Positions 13,075-26,093 of a DNA stretch of 64,000 bases are shown piece by piece. The first letter of the stretch is position 1. Each line of letters opens with the position of its first letter. The DNA comes from Sphyrna mokarran (taxonomy: Eukaryota). The notes under the pieces were generated by a model. It was not told the origin of the DNA, made no database searches, and worked only from the letters and a program-made list of their open reading frames with translations. Made by a program: the position numbers and the translations under genes. Where the stretch lies: positions 13,640,001-13,704,000 of the forward strand of contig JAGIQG010000016.1 in assembly GCA_024679065.1 (NCBI GenBank), written 5' to 3'.

Positions 13075-13650
13075 TTTCCTGATGCAGGACTTTATTGTAT
13101 GCCTCGGTCGATGAAGGCAAGCATGCAAGTCGCATTCTTGACTTTCTTCTCTTCCTGCTTTGCCACTTTCAGTAACTTGTATACCTGTGCAACCAGATCC
13201 TTCTGCCCATCAATATTCTTAATGGCTCTACCGAGTACCATGTATTTCCATGTGCACTACACCATCCAAGATGCAATACTTCGCATTTTCTGGATACAAC
13301 TCCAACTGCCATCTCTCCACTTACGTTTCCATCTGATTTATATTACACTGTGTTCTCCAACAGTTCTCACCGCTATGGCCAACAAACGTTTTGCCATCCG
13401 CAAACTTACCAATCAAACCAGGTACATTTCCCTCTAAAATTCTGATATATTCTACAAATTGATTCCTAAGGAGCACAATAATAACACCTCCTTTCAGAAG
13501 CACACCATTCCATTGCGACACTCTGTCTTCTTTGACTGAGCCAGTTCAGTATTAATCTTGGGACCTCACCTCTGAGCAGGTTCAACGTTACATCTGTACC
13601 AGCCTGCTGTGACGGATACAATCAACCGTCTTACTGAAGTCGATACGGTT
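13075..13650 (-). mobile_element. CR1 LINE RT fragment
   Basis: Minus strand gives IGKFADGKTF (FADD-like motif) and downstream CR1 ORF2 sequence. Confidence 0.85.
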
Positions 13651-13679
13651 GTTCTTGCTCTAAAAAGAAGTAAGAAGTT

Positions 13680-13890
13680 CCACAACGCCAGGTTAAAGCT
13701 CGACAGGTTTATTTGGAACCATGAGCTGAAGCAGTGTTCCTCCTTCATCACGTGAGTCACCTGATGATCACTCACTGATGAACGAGCAGCGCTCCGAAAG
13801 TTTTTGATTTAATGGTTCTGTTGGACTTTAACCTGGTGTTGGGAGGCGTCTACTGGGTTACCAAATTCCAACGCCGGCATTTCTACATGA
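13680..13890. mobile_element. Penelope-type inverted-repeat relic with hammerhead-like core
   Basis: Inverted arms ccacaacgccaggttaaag.. / ..ctttaacctggtgttggg. CTGATGA-a-cGAGCagcGCTCc-GAAA at 13775-13799. Confidence 0.65.
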
Positions 13891-13979
13891 TCAAAAATGT
13901 ACGTTTTGTCAGCTGATTCTTTGCCCGTGTGTATTAATGATCTAACCGGGTGAAGCGACTTCGTTGAAATGCATTCGGA

Positions 13980-14805
13980 TCCTTAACAAGATAATCTACA
14001 GATTGCTGCATTTGTTCTCCCTGATGTGCCCGTGGGAAAACAATGAGTACTTGATTGCATGTTGTGCACCAATCATCCAAGATTCATTAAAACTGCATGA
14101 CTTAATTATCAATTAGTTCTCCAGCATCATATTATTAGTATCTGAGATTGAATGAAATTTAAAACAGATATGCCAGGAGACAAACTAATTGTACTTTCTC
14201 CAATCGTTGCAAAATGCAACTCTAGCAACTATCAAGGTGTTCTGCAGTACCAAAGACAGTACCTCGCGCTTGATGAGCACACAATCCAAAATGCACAGGT
14301 ACAATTTTCCACGAATGTGCTCTCGTAACTGGCACTTCAAATAATTGGAAATATTGATTGAAAAATGTACCTGGCACGTTAGCGATAGTGAGCGTGTAGT
14401 GGAAATATATAATGTTTCTGGCATCGCAAAGAGAGAGTTAATAACATTTGCTGCAGACGTGAGAATAAACAAAAATAAATAAGCAACTATATAAAAATTT
14501 AGTCACTTATAGTCGGAGTGGGGCGAATGTAAAGAGTGGATCTGCTAACGTAAAACAATTTATGTGCCGTTATTTAAACAATTAGACAAAATTAAGAATG
14601 CAACATTTACGTTTATTTAGCGATTGTTACGTACCACAAGCTTCACCGCATTATTTTTAAGACAGTTTTTTTTTGCATCTTTTTCTTTAAATATAGGAAA
14701 TACAGTAGCCAATGTTCTCCAAACAAAGATAATCAATATTTTGGCGACATGGTAATCAATTTTTGAGATGTTGTCAATAGAGGAATGTTGTCCTGGCTTG
14801 CACAA
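13980..14805 (-). pseudogene. Degenerate ARHGAP29-like copy H
   Basis: ILTSAANVINSL resembles TLTAAGTLIAKV. VHFSINISNYL resembles VAFSSTVSEFL. LDCVLIK resembles LDNVLLK. DWRKYN*FVSW resembles TWSKYTKNIVSW. Confidence 0.78.
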
Positions 14806-15449
14806 TTCCGTTGATAATCTTCTCCAAAATATAACGCATCTATAAACTGCACAACACTTATTTTTTGCAGTTATAGAATCAGACGATTTGACAAATAAAC
14901 TACAAGAGGCAGGTTAGTGGCAATACAACTTGGTTATGTAAAAATGGCACTAAATTGGTTCCGACTACATGCATTGTAACACAGGCAAAGGATGTGTGCT
15001 ACAATGTTGTTTTCATTGTAACGTACAAGTTATTAACACAACTAAGAATCATCTAAGGAAGCTATAAATGTCCGGATAAAAACGCTGGAAGTGATGTCCA
15101 TATTTTATATTTTCGTGCAAATAGCAGCAGTGCCAACGTAATAGGGAATTTGATATATCAATAAAATAATATATCATGATATAAAGCGGAATATTATAAC
15201 GCATGCACACTAATGAGTGTAACATCTATGATGGGAAGTATTTTTTAGACTATTCGAGGATACAACTAATCGTAACTTGGAATGTTTTTCATTCGGAAAT
15301 CGTGTCAAATGCAAATCGGTCAAATTACGTCAATCATTGCCTGTTGATGAGGCTGTGAAAAAAAAACGCTGAGTGCACGGACGGCCAGATCACGCAGGAG
15401 TCCAGGGAACAAATGAGAGCCCGTGGAATGTGAAAAGAGATAGCGGCGA

Positions 15450-15912
15450 GTGTACGACTTTGATTCTTTGACGGTTAGATTTGCAACCGTGAACAGTGAC
15501 ACTAGCGTCAAGGCGGCATGTTCAACATTTCAGATGACAAACGGAAGAACTGTGAACTTCAGATGACCGTTATAAAATAGGAATAAAATAATATAAAACA
15601 GGAACTGACTTATTAAATTCTTAACGCAGCTGAACTTAAATGGACTAAACGATAATGAATGCTGTATGAAATAAATCTACTGGCGAGGTAATATGCCATC
15701 AATAAAACAGCATAATTCTCAATTAAGTGCAGCGCACAACCCTTTGTATGTGACGTAACGGCCCAATGAATTATTCGAATAAAGATGTTGTTCAGGATTG
15801 TTTTGACTACATCTTCAATGTGCAACGACAATGCAGACATGTTAAAGCTTTTGAAAATAGTGATTCTTGATACGAATGATAGTGCATTGCCTGATGTTCT
15901 GCAGCCCACCAA
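15450..15912 (-). pseudogene. RhoGAP-domain relic J
   Basis: GCRTSGN resembles GIYRVCGN. HIEDVVKTIL resembles HDICDVLKLYL. FIPIL*R resembles FGPTLLR. Confidence 0.6.
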
Positions 15913-16270
15913 ATAATATTATTCAGACAATATCTGAAAATGTGTTTGGTAATTCAGAATTCGGCTATTGCCGAAATACAAAACATATTGAAGTTTTCAG
16001 CCAAAGAGGTAATGGATGATAGAGTAAGTATGTATGGCATAGTCTAAACATGATGGGTGCTTCATTATTTTATATTAAGTGACGTGTGTTATTACTTAAT
16101 GATCCAGCCACAAGGGACTACAACATAATTTCCATTTGGACAAATAAAAGTTGGTAATAATAATAATAATAAAAAGAGTGCGGCGCCACATGTGGGTAAT
16201 TTTCTATGGCCTGCCTCATTAATGTTTTTTTTTTCACAGAAAGGAAACTAAAGCTGAAAGATCAAGGTTA

Positions 16271-16400
16271 GTGTCTCAAAACAGACGCTACTCCTTGATA
16301 TGTGAGCGTCATTTTCACAACAATCAAGCAAGGACTTGTTTGAGTGGTACATTCATTCTGTATTTGCAGCACAAAACATGCCTTGATATTGAAAAAATGG
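16271..16400 (+). pseudogene. RhoGAP C-terminal fragment K
   Basis: NNQARTC..FILYLQHK resembles SNQARLVEFLITYSQK. Confidence 0.4.
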
Positions 16401-16719
16401 GTCAAATCTTAGTATCATATTTAAACAGTCTCTATATACTTTTGGCAAACAACTGGTAGTGTAATGCGCAAGTTGTGGTCGACTTGCACAGTTGTTAGGA
16501 TCCAAGTGGAATGTTGGGCTAATTTCTTGTATTTTCATACCTTGTTTAATAAAACTATATATGAATGTCTGCATTTTCTTTGCTTTTTGGGCCAAGAGCT
16601 AAATACGACACGAGTGATGCAGGAATATTTACAAGATCGGAGCTATACATAGACACACAGTCTATAGAAAAGTAGAAGGGGCTATGCTTCTGTACTGCAG
16701 ACGCTAAACGGCCAATTGC

Positions 16720-18800
16720 TGGCTAACTTATCAAAAACATTATGACACAGTTCGATAATTTAGGCTATGAAGCGGTTTTTCATATTCCAGTAACTGCAGC
16801 GATAGAAATGCAGGATCATAGAATCTTCCAAATTACTTTAACTGTTCTTTCTCCTCCAAAAGGATTTCACTCCGCAAAATTAACCGTGGAATGTATTTCA
16901 CGGACAGATGTGCAGAATGCATTTTGAGAGACTTCATGATGTCAAATTATAGCCCCTTTTCAGTTAGTCTGTCTGCATTGGAGCAAACGTTTGTGTGGAA
17001 AATGGATATTGACAATTTCATACTTCTTTAAAATATATTTTTCTTGTTCTGCATGCATGTCAAATGCTTGCCAAACACCCTCCCTGCCAAAATGTCCCAT
17101 CATTTCCAAACATTTTTTTCTCCTCTTTTTATTTCTTGTTGCAATATAAATAGCAACAACTGGACAAACTATACAAGAAATGCATCCAACCAACTCTTCT
17201 AACGACCTGGCATGCCGCTCTTTTGAACTAGTTCCAAACACTTGCTTTTGATTTATGCCAGTATCCACAGTACTCAGAGGTAAATCAACTTTCCAGTCAA
17301 AGCCAAAGTCGAAACATTTGAACATTATTGCTTCAAATCGTTTCATTTGCTACTAATTCACATTTCGTTGCAAATCTGATAAGTCCTAAGCTTCCAAAAT
17401 GTCGCAAACATATGGTATATCAAATTCAAGCTGTCGTTAATGCACACACATATTCCCTCTTCTTTACTGCACAATGGAGAAACTTGATATATTTGGTACA
17501 CCTTGGTGTTTTTTATCACAAACTTGTGATTCTTGTACAGATCACCTAATATGTGCAAGTGTCTGACAATTCAGCCTTCTGAACGTTGCTTAGTCATTTC
17601 AACATTTAGGACGCTGTCATGTTACACTTCACATACAATTTATTTCGTTCATTTGATATTTTTCCCCACTTTCTCAGTTCGAATACTTTTGCTATTAAGA
17701 CAACTAATGTTTCCATACGGAGGTTTACACATCTACCAATTTCACAAAAAATGTATAATTTAAAATGACTGGTTTGATTTTTTTCATTCTATATCAATTT
17801 TGTACTTTGTGATAATCTCTGCGTTTTTCCTATCCCAGAGAGTTGCCGTTTGATCACCTATGTTACTCCAAGTCAATGATAACTTTCCCCATTGGAATAC
17901 GAGTTCCTTGTCTCATCATCACTAATTAAATACTCTTGAAATCGATCTTTCTACAACAGAAAAGCCTGGTACAGCATTTCACAATAAAGCAAAAGTAGCG
18001 TCAAAAAAACGAATACAATTATCTTATCAGTGAGGAAATAAATCACTGGAATCAAGATGTTAGAAGTAATGTTTATATGACAATATACGTATTAATAAAA
18101 AACGAGTAGCTAACTCATTGCAATATTGCCTGCCTCTTAATCTGAAAACAAATCCTTTGGATCAGAAACAATGCGTCCCGTCAACCGCGGGTCATTTCAT
18201 AATGTTAAATGTAAGACCCCGTTCTTCTCACCAGAATTGGTTGGCAACAAACGCGTTCGTATTTTCTAAAGATAATACGCTGTTTGATTCATGCATTAGA
18301 TTAAATGGCTGCGGACTGCCTGTTAATTCTCAACTGAGGCACTTCCTGTCCCATGTCCGTAAAATCCCGCTTCAGGTCAACAGACCTTTCCATGAACCTT
18401 TCCTCGCTGTTTCGATTCCTGTCGTGGGCGGGGGTAAATTCCCAGCCAATATTTTGACTGTGCAACATATTGTCCACATCCCCTCGTGGTTTATCTTGGG
18501 TTCGGAATATTGTTTAGCCTTAAGTGATCAAATATCTCCCCATGATGTCCTGATAATTCCCATATATTCTGGAGGTTAGTATATTCTGGAATGCATTTTT
18601 TTCCATCTTGCTTTGATTATATGTCTTCTCTGTAAGCACACCAAATATTGCAGTCCCTGAAACAAAAGCTGGTGAAATGTTCAGTTTCACGGCAAACTGT
18701 CTCACCCACGATGGGGGAGCCAAATGTTCTGGCATACAGATCAGCAATAGTTACGTTAGTGAAAAGATCAGTCATGGAAGGACACAGTTCACCATTATGC
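16720..18800 (+). pseudogene. Near full-length degenerate copy L (N-domain to RhoGAP)
   Basis: LIKNIMTQFDNL resembles VLKSIMNKHQNL. RILLLLRQLMF resembles EILAQLRTLVF. GSEYCLALSDQISPHDV resembles GKELVELSQASPHDI. Domains occur in the expected order. Confidence 0.72.
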
Positions 18801-19129
18801 TACCATTCTCAAATTTGTTTTTTAAATCCACTGATCTATAAACATGGACAGGGATCGCGGGTAGAGATGGGAACATCGGGGTGGTGGCGCGGGCTCGTTG
18901 GGCCGAAGGGCCTGTTTCCCGTGCTGTTTTGTTCTTTGTTCTTTGTTCATTCCCGTAACATGACATGCTACTATATAGCAGTACTGCCACCCGATGGTTC
19001 TTGCATTCCCGTCCGTCAGGTCAACTGTTTCACGATCATGTCCAATTCATGAGTGTACAGGCAGGAACACTGTTTTCAGTTTGGTAGAATGAAGAACATC
19101 ATTGAAATTCTTGAAGTGCAGAAACCATG

Positions 19130-19438
19130 AGATTATGCCATACAATCATATACTGCAGCATGAAGCCATTCGGCCTGTTGGTTCTGAGCCGACCTATCGA
19201 ACTGAGGCACTAACCCATAACCCCATGGATTTACCCTAGCAGTTCCTCGGCACAAAGGGAAGAATTGGCATGGACAGCCTATCATTCCGCACCGTGGGAG
19301 GTAACCGGAGCATCCGAGGAAACCCAAGCAATCACGGGGAGATCGTGCAAACGCCACGCATTCATACAAACCAGGAATTTAATCCCGGTAACTGGCGCTG
19401 TGAAGCAGCAGTGCTAACGGCTGTGGCACAATGCCGCT
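19130..19438 (-). mobile_element. V-SINE (HE1-like)
   Basis: gtgggaggtaaccggagcatccgaggaaaccc is the reverse complement of the V core. tRNA-like head at the right end. Confidence 0.9.
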
Positions 19439-19759
19439 CTAGTAAAACTGATGCTATCCTTGTTATCTGTTCTCCATCTAAGTAAAAATGGTGAGGCGAA
19501 ATAGTTGCCCCGCCCCATTTTTGCGTTGGAATGCATCTCACTTTGTCTCATAGTGTCGACGTAATTACCCGTCATTATGTACCAAAAATATTCGGCATTG
19601 CCAATATTAATGTCCCCTGCAGATACATTTAATGAATCAATGCATTCAGAGGACGTCAGCCTCTATCATTAACCACGTCAGAACTTAAGAGTTCCTTTCT
19701 GTTTATCTGTATTGACTTAGTTATCACACCAATAGCTATGGACACTTAATTGGATGTTC

Positions 19760-22400
19760 ACTGGAAAATACGATTGAGAAGTATATCTCGGCGCAGTGTC
19801 CAACAAGAGCATTTCAATCTTCTCGCAAAATTGCTTCAAACATCTTCAGTAACCACCATTAATATTTATATCACTGACAATGACTGAAATTGTACAAGCG
19901 TACTGCATTGTTCACGTTTTAATTGAGGCAAGCTTCTATATGTTGCAAAGGATAGGTCGAACTTGATAACATCGCTCGACGTTGATCCTTCTCAACTTAT
20001 CTTTTCGTGAAACACCTCACCATGAGGGAGGAATCTCTAGACACAATTACTTAAACAAAAAAGTGTTCTTTTTGGCGTTCCCATTTGGAAGCCCAATACC
20101 TATATGTTTCCAGTACAACATATCCGCAGCTCATCATCGCATTGTTCGTCATTTATAGATTGTTTTTATTTCACAAAAGAAACACGCTCAGTGTAGTTTT
20201 GGTATCTATCCGTGGAGTTTATTCTTCGATTTCATGAGTCTGACAATTTCGAAAGTTTTATCTTCTGCGTTAACCTTGTACATCTTCAATTTCCCCTTCC
20301 ATTTAATCTGTATTGTCAGCCAATGATGGAATTGCTTTCACTATGCACACCTTTCTCTTGCCTCTTCTATTTGTTAATTGTTACCATTTCATGAAATATT
20401 TGGCGATCTTTATTTACATTTTTACGTTCACCACTCTGTTATTTGCATTGTATTCTTGTTATTTGCCTCAAAACACTGTGTTGCATGGTCGGCGTTACCT
20501 GATGCAACTTTGTTTTCTTGTCCCTTGTGAGCATCTATTCTCCTTCGCAGTGCCTTATATGTGCTTAGCTGAAAACCTCTATGGAACCTGATGGACATTA
20601 GTCGAATTCTAAAACAAGACAAGCATATATATGCCACAGGAAGCTAAACTTTCAAATTGTTCTCCAAATATTACAACTAAGGCACTGTTAGATCGTGCAC
20701 ATCATTTTGCATTGATTCTTTTTTTTCCTCCATAGCACAATGACCACACTCAAACTGTTGTTCACTATAGAAGAACAGGCAGCGTGAAATGTAACAAGGA
20801 CAGTACATCCAAGACAAGACTCACTGCAATCGTAATAAAAACAAAAATGCGTGTTGTCGCATTCAGGTTGCTATGTGCGTCTCAAAGTGCTATGTGCGTC
20901 TCAAAGTCTCAAAGTAATGAAGTAGACCATTAAATGGTCATTCGAAAATTCAAGGGAACAGTCCGCTGCATGTGATTATTTAGCTATTCAGACCTGTCCA
21001 GCAATTCACTAATATTCACAGATCTGATATTAAGCACACATCTGAACTCGGCCCGTGCCCGATATGGTGTCACACTTTTGCTTAACAGGAACCTGTCAAA
21101 CTCAGGCTGGCTTTCAAGGAATTGGCTAGCACAAACTTTTCAGAAACATATTTGCAAAGACAAAAGACCACTGAGTGAAAAACACGTTCGCCTCATACGT
21201 GATTTAAATGGGCAGGACATATTTACATACCATAACATGTAAACCTAGGAGCGATGGGTTTATACACTGGAACACCGGAAACAAAGAAGGAGCCAGGGCC
21301 ATTTGGGCCATTTGTTATGCATGACTATCATGATTAAACAGCGAGACAGTTTTGTTTTTGCTTATTCAGTTGTGCATCTAGGCGAGAAAAGCACTGCAAT
21401 TTCATAGCAAAACACCATTTGAAAATGAAGCCCCTTCCAGAAATAGTAATTTTGTATCTGAAGTGGAACTGGCTGAAGAATGATAGGATGAAGGAAATTT
21501 ATCAGTGGACCGCGACATCTCTAAAAGTGACGATGACGCAGAATAAGAGGCAGAAATTCTTGATGGGACCTTTCTTTTTAAAAAACGACTGCTTTAAAAC
21601 TTGGTTTTAACTGAAATGCTGTGGAAAGTTGTGGCTGAATATCAGATGGGCATTTTTTGAGTTGCCAAGTTGATTGCTGTAAATTTGTAAGTATTTTTCT
21701 TAAGGTTAATATTTTGTAACATATATATATTTATAAATTAGTTCTTTGATATGCAACAATAGTTATTGCATATGAAGTAATTTGATATTTTTTGATACCC
21801 GCTTTAATATTTTGAAGATGTCCGTTGACTTAATAACTATAATATTTGACGTAACTATTCTCTTACATATAAATTAATTGTTAAACATACACGAAAGATC
21901 TAAGTTTTTTTTTCGAGAAGAAGAAATAACATTATTATTTTGCGAAATCACGGAGTTCCATGTAATAATAATTATTTCATCTCTGTGAATTCTATCTGCC
22001 TTCAGACAATCGGTATATAATGTATGCATGTTGATACTTCTTAGGCAGTTTTAACATAGCTAGAGATGTGTGCACACACAAGATTCTTTTTGAGATAGGA
22101 ACTCCTTTTCGTCCAACACGCTTTATTTGTAGTGCCTCATATGGAAACAGAATCACGTTGCTTCCATTACATATCGAAATAATCTCTTGTGAACTTAAAT
22201 CATATTTGGTAAACAGAATCTGTCTTCAAGAGCGCACTGTTGGCTTAATGCATTTCAAACACACACATGAGACTCGCCGATATTTTCGTTCAGAAGTTTA
22301 TTTGATAACTGTCGGTCCATCATTACTTCAGAGACAATTCACATGTGGTTTTTAACTATTCATAACACATTACCTTTAACGATAGGCTTGTGTATGTAAT
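19760..22400 (+). pseudogene. Full-length degenerate copy M (N-domain, F-BAR, C1, RhoGAP)
   Basis: LAFPFG resembles LAFTFG. LHGRR resembles LLGRK. VAFRLLCAS resembles VHFQMLCES. DGTFLFKKRLL resembles LGTFKKTLM. HGVP..LQTIGI* resembles DGVP..LRTKGIY. ITVGPSLL resembles VIFGPSLI. Confidence 0.8.
20869..20914. repeat. 19-bp tandem duplication plus partial unit
   Basis: tgctatgtgcgtctcaaag x2 followed by tctcaaag. Confidence 0.95.
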
Positions 22401-22608
22401 TAAGAATCACAGGGCTAACAACAGCATGTAATCATGATTGAAGACTGAAACCACCCCCACGCCAATTACATAACATTTTGTTTACTGTTGTTTTCTCTCG
22501 GAAGGAAGACGAATTTGAAAATCGCCGGGTTCACGTACCCGCACCGCCGCCCACACCACCCCAACTGCTTATGCTCACATAGAGAAATACAAAAATATCC
22601 TCTTCCAT

Positions 22609-23900
22609 TTGGAAGATTTTTTTCGTCAGAATTTAGCAATGATTTTCAATCGGATAGTTTGTGATTGGACAGATCATCTCGTTTGTTGTTTTATCATAGC
22701 AGTGAGACGAATGGGCTCTCAATCTGTTACCTCAAGTGCGCGTTCAAACACCCTTGAAGACGAGTGCATACAGATAAAAATGAATTCCAGCAACACAAGC
22801 AAAGTGAGATCAAAAATGATTTTTCATTCATTTCAGAGGCCGAAAACCAGTTGCACATATTCAATGAATTAGGTAAGATGCAGATAAAATGGCTTAGTTT
22901 ATGAATTGATATTGCTAATTGAATATTGGCGTGATCAATGGAATATCACAATAATCTTTTTCTGCGCATTTTGCTCAGTGCAGACATTGCAAACTGCAAC
23001 CTGATCAGTTGAAACTTGCCCTTTGACATTACTGACAGTCCTCTCGATGGGCAAGAAATTGTCTGACTTCGTGCATAAATAAAATCATACCTCCTTTCCA
23101 TCAGAATCCAATTATTTGTTATGTTTCGATGCCAAAATTTTAATTATGCTTGTAATTTCTATTAAAATGGAAATATTAGCTGTGACAACGGCCTCAGTTG
23201 GAACAAAGTACATTCTGACATTAACTGGAGTGACTGCATGAAATTACTTTGGAAGCAATGCCAACATGAAAAGCAGGGAATTGTTTGCAGAATCTAAAGA
23301 CAATATGGACATTGAAATAAGGAAAGATTGAGCAACACTCAGTTGGGCCAACATTTCCAGAGCGACAGTACTAAAATATCCGCTGGTTCATTGTCTTTCA
23401 ATTTGGTTGTGTAAAAAATATACATGAAAATCATAAAGAATGGATGTCTTATTTCAGAACATGAAGTAAAGCTGCATACACTGAAGGAATTAGGTGAGGA
23501 AGCAACCCACGAGCAGCTAATTGAAATATCTGTGCAGACCATTGTTGTGCTGAATATTTAGCACAACGAAGCTAAATTTATCTTCAAATGATGTTCTCTT
23601 ATGTGCAAATGCGATGTAAAATTGTCATTATCAATAAAAACAGGGATAGTACCTACGCCTGAATATGTCCAAACAGCATGGTTTTAGTCAGCATTGTAAT
23701 GCCACCATCAAAAAGACATGTTCTACGTAATCACAAGGTCAATATCCATCTACCGTCAGACGCAGGCTGATTGAACTGTTTTTCAGACATCTGTTGCTAT
23801 ATGGGAAGAAATGATGTTCAATAGATATTCGAATGATTTTGATCAAAAGCAATCACGAGTAACTGACTACATTCCATTCCTGCAAATTTGGGAAGTCCAA
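22609..23900 (+). pseudogene. Degenerate ARHGAP45-like copy N
   Basis: ANISRATVLKYPLVHCLSIW aligns ungapped with AHNCRQSVMQEPHMPLLSIY. EHEVKLHTLKEL resembles EHEKRRKEIKEA. HNEAKFI resembles HDKARFL. Confidence 0.78.
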
Positions 23901-23960
23901 TCATTTCAAGGCAACATTGGCGAGATTGTATTATTCTTGGTGGCAATATGAGGCATTACT

Positions 23961-24269
23961 AATCAATCAAAGAATCGCTACAGCATAGAAGAGGCCATTA
24001 GGTCCGTCGAGTCTGCAATGCCATAATCCACCCAAATCCTATCCCCGTGGCCCTGATTGATCCTGCTAATCTCTTGACACTTGTGCCAACTCTGCACCAC
24101 TGGCCAATCTAACGCACATATTTTTGGACTGCGGGAGGAAACCGGAGCACCTGGAGGAAACCCGTGCAGACACGGGGAGAATTTGCAAACCCACGCAGGC
24201 TATGACCCGAGGCTGGATTGAACCCGTGTCCTGGCACTGTGAGGCAGCACTGATAAATGCCGTGCCACC
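23961..24269 (-). mobile_element. V-SINE (HE1-like)
   Basis: gggaggaaaccggagcacctggaggaaacccgtgcagacacggggaga. Confidence 0.93.
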
Positions 24270-24439
24270 TGTAAATAGTGATTCAGTAAGAGGAGTCAAC
24301 CACTGAAATCATACCACTAATTTCCATGCTTATGACGTTGGCCATATCCTGAGATACTGGGCTGCTGAGACTCTCGTATATGACAACTGTAGAGTTAACT
24401 GAACAACCATTGTTATGCTTATGACGCAATCGATATTTT

Positions 24440-25330
24440 GAAATGTTGCTAGTCTCACGCCTTCACCACTTTTTCTGTCTTCAACGGTAAAACTGTCATC
24501 TGGTCCATTAACACCGATGAATTTAGATTATTTTTTCTTCTCAATGCCTTCATCTCTGCATACCTCTGATTTTGTTTCCTGCTCTCACAATACATTGAAT
24601 TGTGTGCAGTTTGAAATTCTGGTATTTTCATAATTTCGCCTTTTAAACGCTTCAACAGTCTTGGTTTTGCCTTCAGCAGCCAAAGCTTGAAGATAATCCA
24701 GACCCTCTTCAGCATCCTTTTATATCGAAAACAACATCATATTTTCTTCTAAGATGTTTCAAATAAACTCCCTGAGGAACGAACATGCATTCCTAGGCTG
24801 AAACATTATCATTCTGGACACGATCCAAGTTTTCTTGGCAGGCAGACCTGAGAAATGTCTTTTGAATTTTGTCATGCGTATAAAATATCGTTGTTGCCAC
24901 TTCAAATTCAAAGCTTATTTCATTACAATCAAAAACCCGAGGCATTTTAGGTGTAATCGCCACACCCATTTTATATTAATTTCTGTAACCTGCTTTAAAT
25001 GAACAGAAAAGAAAATTAAAGACAAGCTGAAAGGTAACTATACTCTTAAATGCTGTGTTCGATTCCATTGTTTAAACTTAGCTACCGTATTTGTACTGAA
25101 GATTTGCTATTCTTCTATTAAGCGTGTCTTTGAAGGAGTTCAATTTACTTAGTTCGCTTCATCTTAAATGTAAAACATAAATGCTCAATGAAACCTGATG
25201 TCACTAAAAAACAAAATCGTAGGACCCGTTTGCGGTAGTCAAAAATACTTGTTGAAAACGAACTATCATCCCGGTTGGAATGAAACTCTGGTTGATCAGA
25301 TTCAAAACTTTCGTTCATATTTTGCAACTA
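24440..25330 (-). pseudogene. Degenerate copy O (N-domain plus F-BAR)
   Basis: IEHLCFTF resembles IETLAFTF. DAEEGLDYLQALAA..RRNYE aligns ungapped with DLEFGHSMVQAVGT..LRRLE. In-frame stops present. Confidence 0.75.
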
Positions 25331-25772
25331 AGTGAGTGCATAGAAATAGTTCGAATTCCCCACATGAAGATGACAAATGCAAGCATTTAACTTTGAAGAT
25401 TTGCTCAAGACATAAGTAGATTAATTCGTATGACGAAACACTTTCGAACACGAGAAACAAAGGCGGTAAAACTCATTCAGACATCAATGATACTGAATAT
25501 GTAAAATGCCATGGACTTCCCGAAATCGCATCACCAAACCTTTCTTGGACTGGATTTTCAATCGCAGATTGAATGTGAAACTGTTTGTGTTCCAATCACT
25601 GAAGGTTCATCAACCTCCATGTATTTCTGTTTTATCCTATAGGTATTCCGGTCAGCCTTGTTGTCTGCCAACGGGCATACACGCAATGGGTCGTGAGACG
25701 GCTGCTTTTGGATTTTTCGAGAGTAGCCTAGTGCTTCACGTCGTTAGTGTACGCTGGAACTGACAAGTTGAT

Positions 25773-26093
25773 GGGCAACACGAAAGCTCAGTGACTATCA
25801 CTGTGCTATGCAGATACATGGATTTGGGCCTGTGTCTGTGGGAGTTTGCACATTCTGCCCGTGCTTGCGTGGGTTTCTCCGGGTACTCCGGTTTCCTCCC
25901 ACACTCCAAAGATGTGCTCTTAGGCTGATTGGCAAAATAAATTCTCCCTAAATTGTCTCGCAAATTTGGTTCCAATGCATAGATCTATAAACATAGAAAG
26001 GGATCATGGGTAGAAGTGGGGACATGGAAGTGGCGGCGCGGGCTAGTTGGGCCGAAGGGCCTGCTTCCTGTGCTGTTTTGTTCTTTGTTCTTT
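25773..26093 (+). mobile_element. V-SINE with (gttcttt)n tail
   Basis: V core, CR1-like 3' end gggccgaagggcctg and repeat tail. Same subfamily as 58951-59282. Confidence 0.93.

Noticed and set aside
886-23493. Spliced host gene with short coiled-coil exons (886-921, 16240-16266, 23458-23493), butyrophilin/TRIM-like
   Set aside because: For the two 36-nt segments, homology to the F-BAR continues through the supposed introns. No Ig, transmembrane or B30.2 exons were found.
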